DNA of 64,000 nucleotides from the human T2T-CHM13v2.0 reference genome, Homo sapiens. The notes beneath the pieces were generated by a model that did no database searches, was not told where the DNA came from, and was given only the letters and a program-made list of their open reading frames with translations. Position numbers and translations under genes: made by a program. Below, in pieces: positions 60,132 through 64,000 of the stretch (positions are counted from its first letter, which is position 1; each line of letters opens with the position of its first letter). The stretch lies in the NCBI RefSeq assembly GCF_009914755.1, contig NC_060943.1; one strand, 5' to 3'.

Positions 60132-61855
60132 GTTGTTTGCATGGAATAGAGGCTGAGGAGGCCCCTTCTGAGCAGACTCTTTCTGCGCAAGGAGTGTCAC
60201 AGGCCAGGACTCCAAAGCTAGGTCCTTCCATCCCAAATGCTCATTCTTGTGAGATGTGTATCCTGGTCATGAAAGACATTTTGTACCTCAGTGAGCATCA
60301 GGGGACACTTCCCTGGCAGAAACCTTATACGTCTGTGGCCAGTGGGAAATGGTTTTCATTTGGTTCTAACCTGCAACAGCACCAGAACCAGGACAGTGGA
60401 GAGAAACACATCAGAAAGGAGGAGAGCAGTGCCTTGCTTCTGAATAGCTGCAAAATTCCTCTGTCAGACAATCTTTTCCCATGCAAAGATGTTGAGAAGG
60501 ATTTTCCAACCATCCTGGGCCTTCTCCAACACCAGACCACCCACAGCAGACAAGAGTATGCACATAGAAGCAGGGAGACCTTTCAACAAAGACGTTACAA
60601 ATGTGAGCAAGTTTTCAATGAGAAAGTTCATGTTACTGAGCATCAGAGAGTCCACACTGGAGAAAAAGCTTATAAGCGTAGGGAATATGGGAAATCCTTG
60701 AACTCTAAATACTTATTTGTTGAACACCAGAGAACCCATAATGCAGAAAAGCCTTATGTGTGCAATATATGTGGGAAATCATTCCTCCATAAACAAACAC
60801 TCGTTGGGCACCAGCAGAGAATTCACACTAGAGAAAGGTCTTATGTGTGCATCGAATGTGGGAAATCCTTGAGCTCCAAATACTCACTTGTGGAACACCA
60901 GAGAACCCATAATGGAGAAAAGCCTTATGTGTGCAATGTATGTGGGAAATCATTCCGCCACAAACAAACATTTGTTGGCCATCAGCAGAGAATCCACACT
61001 GGAGAGAGGCCTTATGTGTGTATGGAATGTGGGAAATCTTTTATTCATTCCTATGACCGCATTCGACACCAGAGAGTTCACACTGGAGAAGGGGCTTATC
61101 AGTGCAGTGAATGTGGGAAATCCTTCATATACAAACAGTCACTTCTTGATCACCATAGAATCCACACGGGAGAAAGGCCTTATGAGTGCAAAGAATGTGG
61201 GAAGGCCTTCATTCACAAAAAAAGACTTCTTGAGCACCAGAGAATTCATACTGGAGAAAAGCCTTATGTGTGCATCATATGTGGGAAATCATTTATCCGC
61301 TCGTCTGACTACATGCGACACCAGAGAATTCACACTGGAGAAAGGGCTTATGAATGCAGTGACTGTGGGAAAGCCTTCATCTCCAAACAAACACTTCTTA
61401 AGCATCACAAAATCCACACTAGAGAAAGGCCTTATGAATGCAGTGAATGTGGAAAAGGCTTCTACCTTGAGGTTAAACTTCTTCAGCACCAAAGAATCCA
61501 TACTAGAGAACAACTTTGTGAGTGCAATGAATGTGGAAAAGTCTTCAGCCACCAAAAAAGACTTCTTGAGCACCAGAAAGTTCACACTGGCGAAAAGCCC
61601 TGTGAGTGCAGTGAATGTGGGAAATGCTTTAGACACCGCACCAGCCTCATTCAACACCAGAAAGTTCACAGTGGAGAGAGGCCTTATAACTGCACTGCAT
61701 GTGAGAAGGCCTTTATCTATAAAAACAAACTTGTTGAGCATCAGCGAATCCACACCGGAGAAAAGCCGTATGAATGTGGTAAATGTGGGAAAGCCTTCAA
61801 CAAAAGATATTCCCTTGTCAGGCACCAGAAGGTACATATAACAGAAGAGCCCTAG
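60132..61855 (+). CDS. ZNF549: ZNF549 terminal exon: spacer, 2 degenerate and 13 intact C2H2 fingers
   Basis: ttttag|GT TGT; total 33+39+127+1724=1923 nt = 640 aa + stop. Confidence 0.96.
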
Positions 61856-63389
61856 CAATTGTTGGGATGTGTAATTGTCTTATTCACTGTAGGACACCAG
61901 AGAGCTGATTTTTCAAGGGATCCAACAGACAGAAATTCACCCTCATACATCTGCATATCACTAGTTGAAAGATTCACTACAAGGTCCAAGTACTTGGGAA
62001 GCTTTCTAGAGATTACTTGTACTTTCTAATCTGCCCAGTGTTACAACAGACACTACCATGTGGCATATCCTCACCGTTTTCATCAGTCACTCACATGTGC
62101 TCAAGGAATGCAGACCACTGTGCTTACCAAATTCTGAAGGGAATAATATAATAAAAGCCTGTTGAGGGTCCTCTTCCATCTTGCTGAACTGTTCGAGGCA
62201 AAGACAAAACCCAACTTTGACCAAGAAGAGCAATCTGGATTCTTGTAGCCCATGGAGGTTTACCTTCTTCATAGGTTTTTTTTTTTTTTATGTGATTGCC
62301 ATAGTGGGATATTCCCTCTCCCACATTACCCAAGAGGGAAATGGGCTGTCTTACCATGTGCTGATGTATGTGCTCTGCCAGTGTGAAGGGTGAACAGCTC
62401 CAACTTTATGTCCCCCCAGGGACATAGTATGAGATCGGAAAATAGTTCTTAGTCCTGTTTGTCTTAATTTTTATTGGTTTCCAAGGTCTCCTAGGAAGGA
62501 GAGCAGAGCTGTGTGGTCCTAATCATGGTGTCGATGCCAGATTTATTTGTAGGTCCAGAGGTCTCCCTGAGAAGAGGCATTTGTGACAAACTCAAGTGCT
62601 GGGACCTGCATGAATTGTTTATTTGCAGTGATGCTTCATATTTCCCAGCACTGTTCATGGTATCTTATTTCCCAGGTCCTTCATTGTAGCCATGGGCACT
62701 GAAGGACTGAATTGGTAGGTAGGTCACTGGTTGTAAGACCTACTGGGGCCAGGTAAGAACAGTAATTGGCCCAGACAGGTAGGTGTGATAAACAGAGTAG
62801 AAAAGATTGTGGCCAAGAAGAGTGAATGTGTCCCATCCAAAGGTGCATCCAGATATGTCTGTGTTACTATGGCTTCATGGTTTGGGGGTATATAGAAATT
62901 CTCAGGACCTCAGACCTTTGATTCTCCTTTAGCAACACACATCGTCAGCATAAGGCATCTAAAGATTTTGTGGACTCATAACTTATGTACTGTTTTTGAG
63001 ATGATTGCTGCACGGGCAGGAAAGCAGGATTTGAGAGAACATACACCTTGCCTTCCAGATATGTGGTTTTTGTGATTCACCCAGATCTGTTGTGCCAGTT
63101 AGGAATTATCTTTATTACTTCCCGTTTATTGCCACTGCTGAGAAGGCTGTCCTTCCTAACTTGTGAGGAGATGAATCCTTAATAATAAGTAAATCTTGTG
63201 TTATCCTATAGTCTGGTTTTCCAAAAGGAGAGGTAGATGCATATTTTTGTGTGGAACCATTTATCTTAAAACATTGAGGTGCAGTTTTCATACACAAAAC
63301 CTTCTATCTTTTTAAGAACTGTCTGTATGGTTTATTGCCCAGTTAATGGGTTTTGATAGTCATGTTATCTCAGTAAGTGTCTTGTCTTA

Positions 63390-63767
<378 letters not shown>

Positions 63768-63871
63768 TCATTCAGTCTTCCAAATGAAATGTTCTTAATT
63801 TTGATGAAGTCTAATTTGTCTGTTTGTTCATTTACTGTTATTTTGGTGCTATTAAAAAAATTTTATTCCTT

Positions 63872-64000
63872 GGCTGGGCACGGTGGCTCACGCCCATAAT
63901 CCCAGCACTTTGGGAAGCCAAGGTGGGCCGGATCACCTGAGGTCAGGAGTTTGAGACCAGCCTGGCCAACATGGCAAAACCCCATTCTACTAAAAATACA
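63872..64000 (+). mobile_element. Alu left arm (runs off the window)
   Basis: GGCTGGGCACGGTGGCTC...CTACTAAAAATACA. Confidence 0.9.

Noticed and set aside
60888-61841. 317-aa alternative-frame ORF inside ZNF549
   Set aside because: Shifted-frame shadow (TLEK..MNAVNV pattern) typical of C2H2 arrays; no independent evidence

Overview
Human/hominid genomic DNA from a KRAB-C2H2 zinc-finger gene cluster. I recognise the proteins from memory as ZNF772 (exon 1 only, - strand), ZNF419 (510 aa), ZNF773 (442 aa) and ZNF549 (640 aa), all but ZNF772 on + (19q13.43). Exon chains were rebuilt by hand from GT/AG sites, and the three complete CDSs each sum to an intact reading frame. ZNF419 and ZNF773 form a tandem duplication (~10113-21456 vs ~21940-35215). 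Within it are near-identical patches that look like gene conversion over the KRAB exons, diverged finger contact residues and a differently expanded (ATC/TCC)n promoter repeat. Mobile elements include a 3'-truncated SVA, a HERV-K(HML-6)/LTR3 provirus nested in an Alu nested in a Tigger2, a solo LTR6-like LTR, many Alus, and L1/MER remnants. Strongest leads: (1) a predicted in-frame KRAB-ERV fusion splice from ZNF773 into the provirus, with a ZNF773-specific inverted AluY pair bracketing the finger exon; (2) the HERV-K-MEL nonamer MLAVISCAV encoded in that provirus; (3) KRAB homogenisation versus finger divergence between the paralogs; (4) an SVA whose target site matches its own internal sequence. 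Gene names, repeat subfamilies and literature links are recalled, not searched. Mismatch counts are by eye.
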